This document shows, one piece after another, positions 25,080-38,541 of a stretch of 64,000 nucleotides of DNA. Origin of the DNA: Euprymna scolopes. Its lineage: Eukaryota. The notes beneath the pieces are model-generated. The model saw only the letters and a list, made by a program, of their open reading frames with translations, was not told the DNA's origin and made no database searches. A program made the position numbers and the translations under genes. The DNA lies in NCBI GenBank assembly GCA_053919585.1, contig CM132796.1. The stretch is one strand, 5' to 3'. Each line of letters starts with the position of its first letter. Position 1 is the stretch's first letter.

Positions 25080-26235
25080 TTTTCTTTTTTCTTTTTTTTT
25101 AAATTACATTTTCACCCCAAACAAGGCAAATTGCCACTTTGGTGGAGGGGGGTACTATCAGGGGCAGCAACTACTGGGGAACTATGTTGGGATTTTGGCA
25201 GCAAGATGTCGGTTCACGTTACACTTGAACTTCTGCATGTCAGTACAGTTAGGGAAACAGGGACCTGGAATGGAATTCCAGAGTCTAGCGGTTCTAGGGA
25301 AGAAACAACTGGAGTAGAAAGATCTTTTACATCTAGGGATCTCTACTGTGTGGGGGTGGGATTTAGCTGCCTCTCGGGTTTGTCGAGGGTGTCTACGTCG
25401 TGGGGGCACAAGTGATTGCAGTTCGTCAGAGCATTTACAATTAAAATACTTGAAGAACAGGCAGAAAGATGCAACGTTTCGTCGATGGGACAGAGGCTGA
25501 AGCTTGGATGCCAGTTCAGGGACTATCAGATTGGCGACTCTCTTTTGAACCTTGTCTAGGAGCGAGAGACTAGCAGCAGATGCACCAGCCCAAATGTGAC
25601 AACAATACTCCATACATGGGCGAATGGTGGCCTTATAGAGGTAAAGGATACTTTCAGGTATCACTAGTTTTCTAGCACGGTAGAGAGAGCCTACCTTTTT
25701 CGCAGCGGCCCTGGCAATGTTTTCAATATAATTGTTCCAACTCATGTTTCCTGTGAACGTTAGGCCAAGCAGTTTGAAAGATGTACTCTCAGACAGGGAG
25801 TCACTGGCCATTGCTATTGGTGGCAGAGAAGGTGTCTTGTAATTATTGAAGGAAACCAGTTTGGTCTTGGCAGCGTTGAATGTGACCATCCATTTATGTC
25901 CCCATTCCACTACTGATTAGAGGTCATCCTCTAGTGTTTTTGTCATTTCTTTAGATATGTGTCTATTTGTTTTCCTGTTATGCCTGTTATAGAGTGTGGT
26001 GTAATTAGCATATATACCCATCTCAGAGGCAGTTTTGTCGGGGAGGTCATTAATAAATATTAGGAACAATAGAGGTCCAAGGATAGACCCCTGAGGCACT
26101 CCCGCATTTATATCACACTGTTTAGATGTGCGACCGTCGAGGACAACCTGGATTTTTCTCTTATCTAAGAAGAATTTAATTATCTTAAGTATTCTACCAG
26201 TGATACCGTATGATCTATTTTTCCTGAGAAGACCC
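25080..26235 (-). mobile_element. 5'-truncated CR1/L2-group LINE, family B (RT C-terminal half)
   Basis: ORFs 25917-26099 (PQGSILGPLLFLIFINDLP; YADD degenerated to YANY) and 25182-25910 (IRPCMEYCCHIW, HRRNVAS, FFPRTARLWN); poly(T) on the left. Confidence 0.93.
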
Positions 26236-27339
26236 TCATGCCCTCTTTTTCTTTGTATATTTCGAAGACAGTTTATTTTCTTTCAATGAAAGTAGCTGGT
26301 ATATTTTACATGAATATATTATCTTTGTACACTTGCATCCCCTGTCTGTTCTTTTATCTAGCAATAATGCTTCTATAATCAATAGGTTTACATATGCAGA
26401 TAAATGCATATACCTATTTCCAGGTAAAACAAGCATTTTGTACAATTCTAATTAAATGTAATCCCTAAACATAGACAAAAACTAACGTATACAATTTTAC
26501 ATTCATAGTGATTTAGAAAACTAGGAAACAAATGATCATTCACATTGCACTGCACTCGAATAATGCTATTGACCGACTTTATATGACATACGCAGTAAGA
26601 GGGCTAATTATTATAGAAATCTGTCTGCATAACATAAAAAAATAATAAAATAACGAAGAAACAGGTTAATGGTCGCAGAAAGAAACACCGTAAAATGAAC
26701 AAAATAGGGAAATAAGATACAAAACGAAAAAAGGAAATTAGAAAGATGAACAGTCACACAGATTGTTCATAACAATTACAAAAGAAGAAGCACGTGAAAG
26801 CATCTGACACATAAAAACCAACAGTGAATCACTACTAACAGCTGCACAAAACAATGCGATAAAACTAACTAAATCAACACTAAGAAAAACAACATCAACG
26901 AAAACAAGAAATGCGGGCAAATTACATAAAACTGGGTATCACTGTATACTTTTTTAAATGTTATTTAGATTTCTACAATTGATTTATAGTATTTTGCACT
27001 GACAAATTAGGAAATGACATCCGTTTCCCTTAACCAGCTCAGGTATTTGTGCTGTTAATTTGAAAATATCAGATCTTGTGACAAAATCGATGAAATGTTT
27101 GTAGCATTATAAGTTGATTAACAAAGTAAAAACATATTATCCTAAATATGTTTAAAGAGAAAAAATGGTTTGCCAATAATATATATTGATTACTTGATAG
27201 AAACATCGATTACTGTAAACTGAATAGTGAGGGTTGATAAATGTAAGTAAACGTAAATTGCATGTTACTTCACCATTATTACATTACAAGGGATTGAACC
27301 TGCGTTTCTTTGAGCTCCTGGAATTCTCAGTGGCAGGTA

Positions 27340-27798
27340 GGTTTCTCTACAGATTCCAACAGTAGTCAGCAATCCTGACTTTCTACAAACGATCTTGATA
27401 CCTGGTCTTTATAGAATCTCTTTCCCCTGATCGTCACTCATTGAATCAAGGTTCTTAGGAAACAGATCCATATGTAAAAATAAAAAGTGCATCTTGACGC
27501 TCATGTTTCTGAAAGCAGTCAGCACGTTGTTGACAGGTTCTGTGTAGTTCCTGGCCTTATTGTTACCAAGAAAGTTCTTCACTACGAAAGCAAATGTCTT
27601 CCACTCTTTTTGTTCCATTTCTTTATTTTCGAACTCTAGGTCTCTGATGAAATGTTGGATATGAAGACTGTCAAAGGTGTCAGCTTTCAACTTCTCCACG
27701 TTCAATCCTGGAAAAGCCTAGCACAAGTGAAGCAGTCATCATACTTGTCCCGAGCCCTGGTGAATTGTATTATTGTTGTGGGGGGCAGAATTGATGAT
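27340..27798 (-). pseudogene. Chapaev(3)/CMC-type DNA transposase remnant
   Basis: EKLKA.FD...VVKNFLGNNKARNY...NMSVKMHFL..H.D.FP.NL.SMSDDQG matches the widespread 'KNFLGN...SDEQGERFHQ' transposase family. Confidence 0.75.
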
Positions 27799-27799
27799 A

Positions 27800-28394
27800 T
27801 GTAATATTACGGGATACACAAAGACAAGACCCAATTACTTGGGGAGCTAACATTTATAATTAAAGCTGGGATAGGGATGTCTAGTGGAAGATGCATTATT
27901 GAAGAGGGAGATAAAGCCAACCTTTGGAAAGGGTTTACAAGACGATGGGTCAGCGTGATGATACATATAAACTTGAAACACAAAACACATTACCTTGCGG
28001 TTGAGGACAACGAAAGCAAAAGGCTTACATAATTAATAGGAGACATTTATTTCTCCAGCTGGTGATTGGAATCCGATGCCTGACTAAGTTGCTGCATTGT
28101 GTCGTATTTTCGTCCCCTTCGTTTCTTTAGAAATTTCGGCTAACTCTTTGCCGGACTAACTTGGACTGTTCTCCGACTCGCACTGTTTCGAACTCTTACT
28201 GTCTTCCTAGTCTTACTTAAGTGTATATATTAATTCTATGTGACGTCAACACCCAAGCCAAGCATGTTTACCCCATACACATGGACATGCTTCCAATACG
28301 TGTCCTGGCAACGCAAATCCCATATTTCTCTGTGGGCATTCTTTAATTCGTTGCTATCTCTTATTTTGCTTTGTCTTAAACTTTGTTGTATAGT
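27800..28394. mobile_element. LTR-like fragment interrupting the transposase relic
   Basis: Starts with TGTAATATTAC where transposase similarity stops; no matching right terminus or TSD seen. Confidence 0.3.
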
Positions 28395-28396
28395 TA

Positions 28397-28604
28397 CCGT
28401 ATATTTCGGCGTATAACGACCCTTAAAGTAAGAAAATCATGTTAAAAACAAATATTTCATAAGATACCCGGTGTTGCAATCTCTAGCCTAGGTTAAACAA
28501 ACATGGTTTCGTGATTTAGCAGTCGTCATACACAACCAATATATGATAAAGCTATCAAAATGTTCTCCAATTTTGTGCCTCGCCTTATATACCGAAATAT
28601 ACAG
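28397..28604. mobile_element. MITE with TA TSD (Tc1/mariner-pogo type)
   Basis: TA|CCGTATATTTCGGCGTATAA ... TTATATACCGAAATATACAG|TA. Confidence 0.8.
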
Positions 28605-29099
28605 TATTTCTAACTACAATGGATACCTCCACTGCACTCATGGAATCGTATCTAACTAACAATATATATATTCATTTTTTTCATTTGATAACTGCATTCG
28701 ACTCTAACATTGTCTTTCAATAATAATTATATTTGATTTTAATTACTTCGTTCTAACTAAAAACCGACAGCCGTTCCCTTTCAATATATAACATTATTAA
28801 GCCGAGTTTGATGTGCATCAGTAGGAGGAGTATTATATCTCTATTTACAAGAGGGTCGTTGATGAGGTTCCTTTCTATGCAAGGCACTAATTCCTCCGCA
28901 CAGAACAGTCCTTTTTGTATGCTGAGCACCAATTTTTTGGAGGATTGCGAGGTTTTATAACTTGAAACTGATTACTTTGCGAAATAATCTCTCAGAACTA
29001 TCTGATCTGAATAATTCTTGTCATTAAAATAACCACTTTGATCAAATCAATTATTCAATATGGCATTGTACCGATTGTATCAGGTTGACAAGAATGTTC

Positions 29100-29960
29100 T
29101 TGCGGTTTTAACTTTTAAATTTAGATGGACATAAATCGGCTCAAAGAAAAATGTATTGATCGAAATAAGCACCATCAGAACCATCACACTTTTTCCAACG
29201 CGGAACAAGTGTATTTATGTTTGTAACGTACAAAAAAATTGCGTTCTCGGGCGATGAAGTCGCTGAAAACGTTTTTCCTATCGCTTAGGGTTTTAAAGCA
29301 TTTCTCACGAAGGAAGATGTCGAGATGCTTAAAAAGTAGTAGTCGGTAGGTGAGAGGTCTGGAGAGACAGAGTTTCAGAGTTAAATTCGTTAAACTGCTA
29401 CAGCGTCGGTTTAGCAACGTGCGGTTGAGTATTAACGTGGAGGAGAATCGGGCCTTTTTTATTGAGTAATGTTGGATGCAGTTGTTGACAGTACTTGGCC
29501 GTAATGATTTCACCTGAATAAAAAAAGACTGTAATGGATGATACCGGACGAAGACCATGAAACTGTCAGCATAACCTTCTTTTGGTGCAACTCTGGCTTC
29601 AAGAAGTGTCATGCATTTTCGTCGCCTTCTAACCACTAAGCTGGGCGTCGCTTGTTGTAAAGAACTCACTTTTCATCGCAAATCACAACCCGGTCGTGAA
29701 ACGGATCTCTAGAAGTGTAAGCCATGTTTAGTTTCAGAACTGTTTCCGATGGTCCGTTGTTCTACACAAGTCCTGGAGGTGACTGGTTCGCAGGAGACAG
29801 TTCTCGGTTTGGAATCCACAGAGCAAAGGATTCTTCCCGTGTTGATACTAAGAAAATATATGCGACATTGCTACAGAAAGGTTTAATGCAGCAATTCTGG
29901 TTTCTGATTGGTAGGTAGCAGAACGTGAATTAATTCGATTCGTCAGTTCCTAGCAGCATC
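29100..29960 (-). repeat. Interspersed repeat, inverted homolog of 39540-40450
   Basis: GTTTCTGATTGGTAGGTAGCAGAACGTG and GCCATGTTTAGTTTCAGAACTGTTTCCGAT are near reverse complements of 39570-39600 and 39738-39768. Confidence 0.6.
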
Positions 29961-30615
29961 GTTTATAAATAGAATCTCCCAACTATGAAATATTGCAACA
30001 GGATCGTTCTTGTTGCGTAAAGGAAGGGGGGATAACACTTCATAACGGTGTTTCTATTGGTTTTGGTTCAATTTTTGAGGCCCACATTTATCAAGTTTTT
30101 CCTTTCCAGTCTCTCTCAAGTGATTGAAAATCGTCGTATACGTCACGTCTAATTCAGGAGCAAGTTCTTGAGCAGTTTTCCGTGGATTGTATTTGACAAA
30201 GGCTCTTAATTGCTCGTTGCAACATCCGATAGTCGACCACTACGTTTATCATTTTCAAGACTCTCATCGCTGCCACAAAATGTTTTAAACCACCATTGTT
30301 CTGTGCGTTCAGTAATGGTTCCCAGGCCAAACGCTCTCTGGATATCGAGTGTTGTTTAAGCAGCTGTTCGGCCTAGCTTGAAATCGAAATAAGAAAATTG
30401 TACGAATGTGCTTTATTAACATCCTGTATTCAACGTTCTGAAAAGAAGACATGATTGTATTAAAACGATTGTAATTTAAACGACTAGACAGAACCAACAA
30501 CGCTCTTTAAAATGATATATAAAGTAAAGGCATTATAACGAAAACTTATTTGAAAATACATCAGTTTAAATCGTACTTAAAAAAATCCGCAGGAACTTTC
30601 TTCTTTGCCCAATAT
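29960..30615 (-). mobile_element. Mariner (Hsmar1/cecropia-like) 5' half with decayed transposase
   Basis: Frameshifted MLIKHIRTIFLF.FKLGRTAA.TT.DI..AFG.GT.TERT.QWWFK.FC..DESLE...RSGR and LRNKNDP; TIR-like AAAATCCGCAGGAACTTTC near 30580-30612. Confidence 0.85.
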
Positions 30616-30849
30616 CTTTTAGCAGGTGTTGTAGGAATTTTTGTCCTGTGACAGCATCAGATTTTTCAGCAGAATGACATTGGGTGGCAATTGTGAAGAT
30701 ATAAAGGTGGTCTATGTTATTGCAATGTTTTAGTTTGATTGGTCCCGCTCTGTGGTATACTATCATCTATGCGTGATTATCTAGTATGTTTAGTAGGTAA
30801 CTTTTCTATCGCCATGTACGAAAAATAGAAAAGTATGATCTACTATACA

Positions 30850-32698
30850 AAGATTTAAAGTTCCAGATTAAGGTAAAAAGGAGAATAATGAATATAGCCA
30901 TGGAATAAATCGACTATGAGAAAGCGTACGATAAAATGTTTTGATAATTGGTAATAGAATACCCGATAAGATTATCGATTTAATTGGAAAAGTAATTAGA
31001 ATACTGATAGTTGAACATAGTTATTTTCCAAGGAGATTCGTTATCAGAACTATTGTTCATCATGGCCGTGATGCAACTTTACAATGTAATAAAGAAACGC
31101 CAGGCAAGATACAAGCTTACTAATAAAAATTAAAGAATGAACCACCTTATGTATATGGACGACCTAAACATTTTCCCAAGAAAAAAAAACACAGACGTTT
31201 ACGAACACAAAATTGTTAGCCAGAATGGAATTCGGCAAGGAAAATGCACACTGCTAGTTATAAGAAAGGTGAAAACTGGAGGCAACGGAATGTATAGAAC
31301 TAGAGATGGGGACAATATGCGAACATGAAATCTACAAATACTTAAGAGTTTTGGAAGACATCATAAAATCGACAGAAAATTGCAAAATAATTATCTAAAA
31401 AGAAAAAGAACACTTTAAAAAACTAAGCTGTTAAGCCCATTTAAAAGCTCTCTAATCTTTCTCAAATCATTTTTTTTTTCAGATTAAGTTTCCTAATTTC
31501 TTAAAATCAACATTTACATTTTTAAAGTATGGTGTTTTCGCTGCAGCCGAGAATAGTGATTGAGGAAGCCTATCGACACATTGGATCAATTAAGGAAACG
31601 CAACAGGCATTCCTGGAAAATACCCACCAAAACGTTCGCCGGACTTATCTTTATGTGATTTTTATCTTTGGGGAACTTTAAAACATAAAGTTTATGCAAA
31701 TGGTCCTCAAAATCTAGACCAACTAAAGGAGAACATTATCAAGCCTATCAGAGTAATCACCAGAGAGGATCTACAGGCAGTATTTGCAATCACTGTTAAA
31801 GTGTCCCGAAATACATAGATGTCAATGGGAAGCACTTCCAGCATCTTTTATAACACTACAGGTAATTTAAACAATGTTACAGATAATTTAAACAATAAAC
31901 GAATGTTCCTCCTCTCTACTACATTTTTCTGGGTTATTTTTAGTGAGCCGCCCTGTATTAGGAACCTAAAAAAATGTCTTAAGACATGCTTACTAATAAG
32001 ATAATCTACACTGTTCATAGGTTAGACCAAATAAGAACTTAGACATCAAGGCCAAAAAACTAGGAAACTTATAATTATGAACAATGCATTACACACAAGG
32101 GATGATGCTTACCGGGCATACGTAAAAAGGAAAGACGGGTAACAGAACTGTTTGTATAGAATACTTTCGATGACACACAAAAAAAAGAATTATTCTTATA
32201 GATAATGTAGAACACAGAATGGCTTATCCCCGTAGCAAAACACACTGCAAAAATAAACAAGAAACAAACAGAAGGATTAGACGAGGGACGGAAAATAGGA
32301 ATCGAAGCAGCTACACGGCGATTCATAAGGATTACAAAAGAAGAGATTTGCGAAAAAAACAGCAAATGCAGATCTATGCAAAAAGAGGTGAAACAATGAA
32401 CTGCCTAAAATTGAATACAACAAATTAACTCAAAAAGAATATAAAAATAAACACGATAAAGTGGGAAAAGCAATACAGTGGGAACTATGCAAACAAATGC
32501 ATCTTAAACGCCCAGAAATGTGGTACAAGGTCAAACTGGCAGCAGTACTTGAAAACGGAAATCACAAAATCCTATAGGATATGGATGTACAAACAAATAA
32601 ACCGATCTATGCAAGAAGGCTGGATGTAACAGTACTTAACAAGAAAGAAAAGTTTTGCCAGATCGTACATTTCGCCGTTTCAGCAGATCACAGGGTTA

Positions 32699-32747
<49 letters not shown>

Positions 32748-33420
32748 ATACACGGAACTGGCCAGCGAGTTGAAAGAGATATGGAGGATAAAGAAAGACA
32801 AGATAACACCAATAATCGTCGGAGTTCTAGGAACAATCCCGAAAATTGTGAAAAAAAAATTGAGAAATTGGACTCAGCGGATAGCTGAAAAGATATGTAA
32901 TTGATAACAATAATGAAAACAGCTGAAATATTAAGCGAAACCCTGGAATACAGAGACTAATACACATGAGTAAACAAACGATAACCAATATAAACATAGA
33001 AACTTGAACAGAAGTAAAACAAAAAGTAGAGGAACACCACATGGAATTTTAAAAAAACTGACACCATACAATTTTAAGAAAGCTTCCTCCTCCCCACAAA
33101 AAAAGAGTAGCGTTGGCATCAACTATAATGGTTGCTCAAAGAGTCGCGAAGAGTCAAGAGGGGTAGAAAGACCAAGGCGAGAAAGCATTAATAACACCTC
33201 CATTAGATGCGAATAGAACATGGAAATTGTGGGAGCAAAACTTATTGCTTACTCAAATTCCAGTGGCGGAAAATGTTCGTTGCCAGCGAGAATTCAATAA
33301 TAAACGGCTGTTGCAATAATGCAAATTCATTTGCAAAGGTAATTGAAAGCCGGGAAGAGTACTGGAAATCTTGCGAGTTTTGTTGTCACTCAACCTCCAG
33401 GGGGCACCATTAGTTGTTGT
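30850..33420 (+). mobile_element. R4/Dong-clade non-LTR retrotransposon relic (RT and restriction-like endonuclease)
   Basis: NHLMYMDDL (31137); HDKVGKAIQWELCK; ILxDMDVQTNKPIYARRLDV...KYTELASELKEIW...PIIVGVLGTIPK; followed by (AAT)n. Confidence 0.85.
31430..31957 (+). mobile_element. Tc1/mariner 3' fragment inserted in the R4 element
   Basis: RSPDLSLCDFYLWGTLKHKVYAN.PQNLDQLKENI motif; ends GAGCCGCCCTG|TA. Confidence 0.75.
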
Positions 33421-33743
33421 CAGTGCGTAACTTCTGATGATGACATGTGTGAGAACTCCTAGTCAGTAAAATAATGATAAAATGTAGAAGTGAAGGAAGA
33501 AGATGAAGAATAATTATTATAATAATGATAATAATATTAACAATNNNNNNNNNNNNNNNNNNNNNNNNNNNNNNNNNNNNNNNNNNNNNNNNNNNNNNNN
33601 NNNNNNNNNNNNNNNNNNNNNNNNNNNNNNNNNNNNNNNNNNNNNNNNNNNNNNNNNNNNNNNNNNNNNNNNNNNNNNNNNNNNNNNNNNNNNNNNNNNN
33701 NNNNNNNNNNNNNNNNNNNNNNNNNNNNNNNNNNNNNNNNNNN

Positions 33744-34310
33744 AGAATGGGAGAAATTGAAATCAGAGGAATGGCTGGAAGGATACAACGAATAACAAGA
33801 ATGAAAACAGCTGAAATATTAAGGAAAACCCTTGAATACGGAAACTAATACACATAAGACTCATGCATGGACTACACGAGCTACTGCAGAGACAAAACAT
33901 GAAGAAGCGTTACAATGAACTAAGAACATTGAAGATACATAGCCATAAGTTCTCTGTCGTGCCCCCCATCCCCTCCTATTACCCAATCACCGCCCCCTCC
34001 CCCCAAAAAAGAATGATGCTAAATAGCCGTAAGGGGTCAAGGAGGATGGAAAGACCGAGGAGAGAGTACTGGCCAAACCTTCGCTGGGCAAGTGTGAAGA
34101 GAATTAGGACCTTGTGGGGGCTTATTGCCACTATAATTCCAGTGGAGACCAGTGGCCGCTGCTAGCAAGAAATCAATGGTAAGCGGCTGTTGCTAGTGCA
34201 AATTCATTTGCACATGATATTAAGAGGTGGAGAGTATTTGAAAACTGGGGAGACTTGTTGTCACCCAGCTTCCAGAGAACACCACAGATTGTTTTCAAGA
34301 AGAGATCCTT
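33744..34310 (+). mobile_element. R4/Dong-like 3' end copy
   Basis: EIEIRGMAGRIQRITRMKTAEILRKTLE plus a 3'UTR homologous to 32900-33420 and 37136-37870(-). Confidence 0.8.
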
Positions 34311-36522
34311 TACGGCCTGTATGAAAGCGCCTTGTGAGCCAATAATAATTAGCTATAACCACATGGCAAACTTGGGAACACGAATCCAACAAGTCCCAAT
34401 GCATTAAAGGTATGTAAAGAATTATCTTAAAATTGAACTTTTCGAAATTTATTGATAAGAGTATCACACTTCTACTTTTGAATATTTATTTTCTTATTAG
34501 CTTGAAACAATCTTCCCCCCCCCTTATCTTCACATTCTTTGAATTCACGCCATCTTAATCTCACGTCCATGGAGACAGGGATTTCAGAAAGTTAACGTTA
34601 TCTCGAAAGCTTTTCATATAATGGAAATTAAAGGAAGATGAAAATACGTGTTTCGCGTGACTGAAAAAAATAATCAAATACAGGTAGTAAAATGCTTAGA
34701 AGTATAAAATTTTAACAGCAGAAGAAATAGAAAGAAAAATAGATTGGTAATAATTAAATTGTATTAGAGTTTTTAAAAGAATCGACACAAAAACCTATCG
34801 AAAACTCATGAATTATCCTTGGGAAATAGTTATTTACTACAATGTAAGCGAACAAATAAAATATGGTTTCCTGGAGTGGAATACATGGGCTTTAACGGAA
34901 AAGCGAATACTTTCAAATAACGCGAGAAAAAAATTCCTCCTGTGGAAATCCAGAGAATGAAGACTGACACAGCATATGTACTGAAACTCTGGACACGAAT
35001 AACAATGAAATATCAGAACACACAAAACGGATTCCAAAGAAAAGTAACAGCATTTATCAGGAAGAAAGAAATAGTGAACGGGAATGGAAACTGATTTAAA
35101 ATGATTATCAAAAGCAGCAGAAAATCCTGGAAATCTGCAAAGATTTGTTAATCAGTGTCCAGGGAACACCATGTTCTAGTAAGTAACACTAATAATACAA
35201 AAGTTTAAAACATTATTTATATCGACTGACATGCATTTGTTAAGCATTATGTCTTAAATGTTTCCCCTACATTAAACGAGTCACTCGGCCTGTATATAAA
35301 AACACAATTATTGTAGCCATGTTTATTAGTTTGTTTAAAAAATTTGCGTTTACATTATTTTTCTATTTTTATAGGAAAATGAACTGAGACATCACTATGT
35401 ACTTGACACGTCAACTTCATTTCCAATATTCGATTTGATTGCTTTCTGTAATTATCATTTAATTGGATTTTGTTTTTATTGATTTACATTAATTTGATTA
35501 CTTCAATTTATATTTTAAAAATCTTTGTCTAGGTGCTAATATTATCTCTCTTCGATTTCCTGCTTTATAATTAGCAAATTACTTCTTTTTCTTCTGTCGT
35601 TTTTCATAAAATATATTACAAAATATGGCGGGTAATTTTCATGTAAATTATTGTAACTTATCTCGGAAATATTTGCTCCTCATATAAGGTGAAAAAAATA
35701 ACAGGATTTAGTGTCAATATGTACTTGTCTTCCCACGAGATTTAGAGACAAACGCGATTTTTAATATACAAAAAATCTAGCCATCCTCCTCCCTTGCAAA
35801 AAAAATGAACGCTGGATTGGAAACAAAAATAACAATGTTTCTAGAAAGCTAAGTGTGATGAAAATAATTTTATTTCTTTTTAGAGTTTATATACATCTGT
35901 AAGTAATAGTTTTAATCCGAATGAAAATCGTGAATCCAAAATATCGAAACATTTTGTTTCATCGATTTCGAAAAAATTTGAGCGTAAATCCGATTTTTAA
36001 AAAAATGCTTCTTTTAATTTTGTTCTTAGCAAAACAAAGGAAGCAAGCGCAATTTATTTAATTATTAGCGGGAATTATTTCACTGTAGTGACCCTGTTTT
36101 TTTTTATTTTATTAAATGACGTTTATATTATGGCTTCAATAAAAGTTAAAAATTAAAAAAAGATAAGAATCATGGTGTAATTATTCTCTAAACAGAAGCA
36201 TTCATTTCGAAGTCGTCCATGTCTTATCAAAGAAATCACTGTTTATTTTATACACCAGCTACCTCTGTTGGTATGGTGATAAAAATTCTCAAACGCACTT
36301 CCAATGTTAGGCTGTATAAGTGCGTTAACTTTACTAAAAACCAGACTGTCCTTTTTAACCTAACATTTTATTATCGATGTTTGCTATTTATCGGATGCAT
36401 TTCGATATGAAACTTATCAAAAACACTTCAATACACATAAAGTACATTGTGGGAAATTTCAAAAAGGCTGCTCGTCAGTTTTTTAGGACGAACTCAAAAT
36501 ATGAATTTGGATATATATATAT

Positions 36523-36571
<49 letters not shown>

Positions 36572-36634
36572 ACATTTATATATCATTTGGCATTTATAGG
36601 TGTTAAATTTCCCTCGATTCTCGTGGCAATTTTT

Positions 36635-36800
36635 TGGTGTCCTAAAATGGAGTCATGTGTGAACTTGTTGCTTGGTTCGAATCTCCTGACTAGTATCAAT
36701 TGTTATTTCCTGCACTGATAATTTCGAAATCTGTTGGTATGGAAATCATTATTATTATTTACATTTATTAGCCCCTTCAAAAGAATTATAAGTTAAGCAC
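36635..36800 (+). mobile_element. Degenerate tRNA-head + HHR remnant + GCACT tail
   Basis: B box GGTTCGAATCT (36674); CA-CTGATAA-TTTC-GAAA-TCTGTTG-GTA-TG (36713-36741, stem II lost); TAAGCACT at ~36793. Confidence 0.4.
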
Positions 36801-36814
36801 TGTCTTAGATATAC

Positions 36815-37085
36815 ACACAGAAATAGTTAACTAGCGTTATACAATGTTTACGATGTCCGCTCGTTTGAACACTCTCGACCTTTTATTGTTGTGCCCGAAT
36901 TTGTAATTTATACGTGTTAATTTTCTCTTAATTCCGGTGGCAATTGTTACTGGTACGGAGTTAACTTTTTGGCAAAATGTTTGTAAAGCTTATTTTGTAG
37001 CTGTGTTCTTATCTCGCGACCAGTAGAAAATGTCTGCACTAATGATTACGAAAACATGAAACTCTAGTGTCTGTCTATATGAATT
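36815..37085 (+). repeat. ~280-bp interspersed repeat (second copy 38205-38480)
   Basis: AACTAGCGTTAT.CAA.GTTTAC...TCGTTTGAAC.CTCTCGAC...GTGGCA.TTGTTA...GATTA.GAAA.CATGA shared; both copies end in AT-rich microsatellites. Confidence 0.75.
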
Positions 37086-37101
37086 TTATTATTATTATTA
37101 A

Positions 37102-37135
<34 letters not shown>

Positions 37136-38047
37136 GAATCACATCTAGCTTTCACACAAATCATCAAAGATGTGATTGAAAACCTGTGGTGTTCCCTGGA
37201 AGCTAAGTGACAACAAGTCTCCCCAGATGCCTAGCACTCTCCACCTCCTTCGATAGCATTTGCAAATACATGTGTGCTATCGCAACAGACTCTCTCCATT
37301 GATTTCTCGCTGGCAGCGGACATTGGTATGTAATGGAATTTGAGTGGCACTAAGCCTCCCCAAAATCCCAGTCCTCTTTGCGCTTGTCCAGTGGAGGTCT
37401 GGTCACCGCTATCTCCTCGGTCTTTCCCTTCTCCTTGACCCTTTTCGACTATTTGGGTTCACACTGGGGGTGGGGGTGGGGTGATGGGACAATGGGAGGG
37501 GGTTGTGGTAGGGATGTACCTATTTACAATGCCTCCCCACAGGACAGAGTTAGACACCAGGGTCGTTTTTTAACGTGGAGAAAAGGTACAAAAATAAAAT
37601 AAAATTGCCTCAGTCGTGAAGGACTGCTCCTCCACCGAAAGAGAACAAGAAATGGAAGTGGGGATGTAGAACTTGTTGACATGCAGCTTCAGTGTTCTTC
37701 ATCCTCTGAAACGCTTCTTCATGTTTTGCCTCTGCAGTAGTTTGTCTGGTTCACGCATGTGGTTCGTGTGCATTATTCTCCGCATTCAAGGGGTTTCCTT
37801 AATATTTCAGCCGTTTTCCTTATCGGGAGTCGTCGTATCTTTGCAGCCATTCTTCTGATTTCAACTTCTCCTATCCTTATTTCAAAGTTTTACGGGAGTG
37901 TACTTAGTGCTCCTACTATTATAGGTATTATTTTGATTTTCATCATCCAAATCCCTTTTAACTCTCTGGCTAGCTCTGTGTATTTGCTCCGTTTTTCCTT
38001 TTCTTTCATATTCACCCTGTGAGCAGCTGAGACAGCAAAATCTACGA
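37136..38047 (-). mobile_element. R4/Dong-like 3' part with its 3' end at (ATT)n
   Basis: VDFAVSAAHRVNMKEKEKRSKYTELARELKGIW...IPIIVGALST; (ATT)n at 37087-37135. Confidence 0.88.
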
Positions 38048-38489
38048 NNNNNNNNNNNNNNNNNNNNNNNNNNNNNNNNNNNNNNNNNNNNNNNNNNNNN
38101 NNNNNNNNNNNNNNNNNNNNNNNNNNNNNNNNNNNNNNNNNNNNNNNNNNNNNNNNNNNNNNNNNNNNNNNNNNNNNNNNNNNNNNAGTAGTACCTGGGA
38201 AATTAAAAAACATCAGTCAACTAGCGTTATCCAACGTTTACAGTTTACGATCGTTTGAACTCTCTCGACTATTGACCGCTGTGCCTGCATTTCTAACTTA
38301 TAGGTGTTAAATTTCCATTAAATCCCGTGGCAGTTGTTAGCGGTAAGAAGTTAACGTCTTAGCAAATGAACTTAAAGAAAACTTTGTAGCTAGATTCAAA
38401 TCTTCGGACCAGTGGGAAATATCACTTCCTGCATTGGTGATTATGAAAGCATGAGGCACTAGTCTATGTCTGTATAAAATAATTATTGT

Positions 38490-38541
<52 letters not shown>

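Noticed and set aside
29184-29669. 161-aa ORF
   Set aside because: No recognisable motif; it lies in an interspersed repeat whose homolog near 39.9-40.4 kb shows no equivalent ORF in the track.
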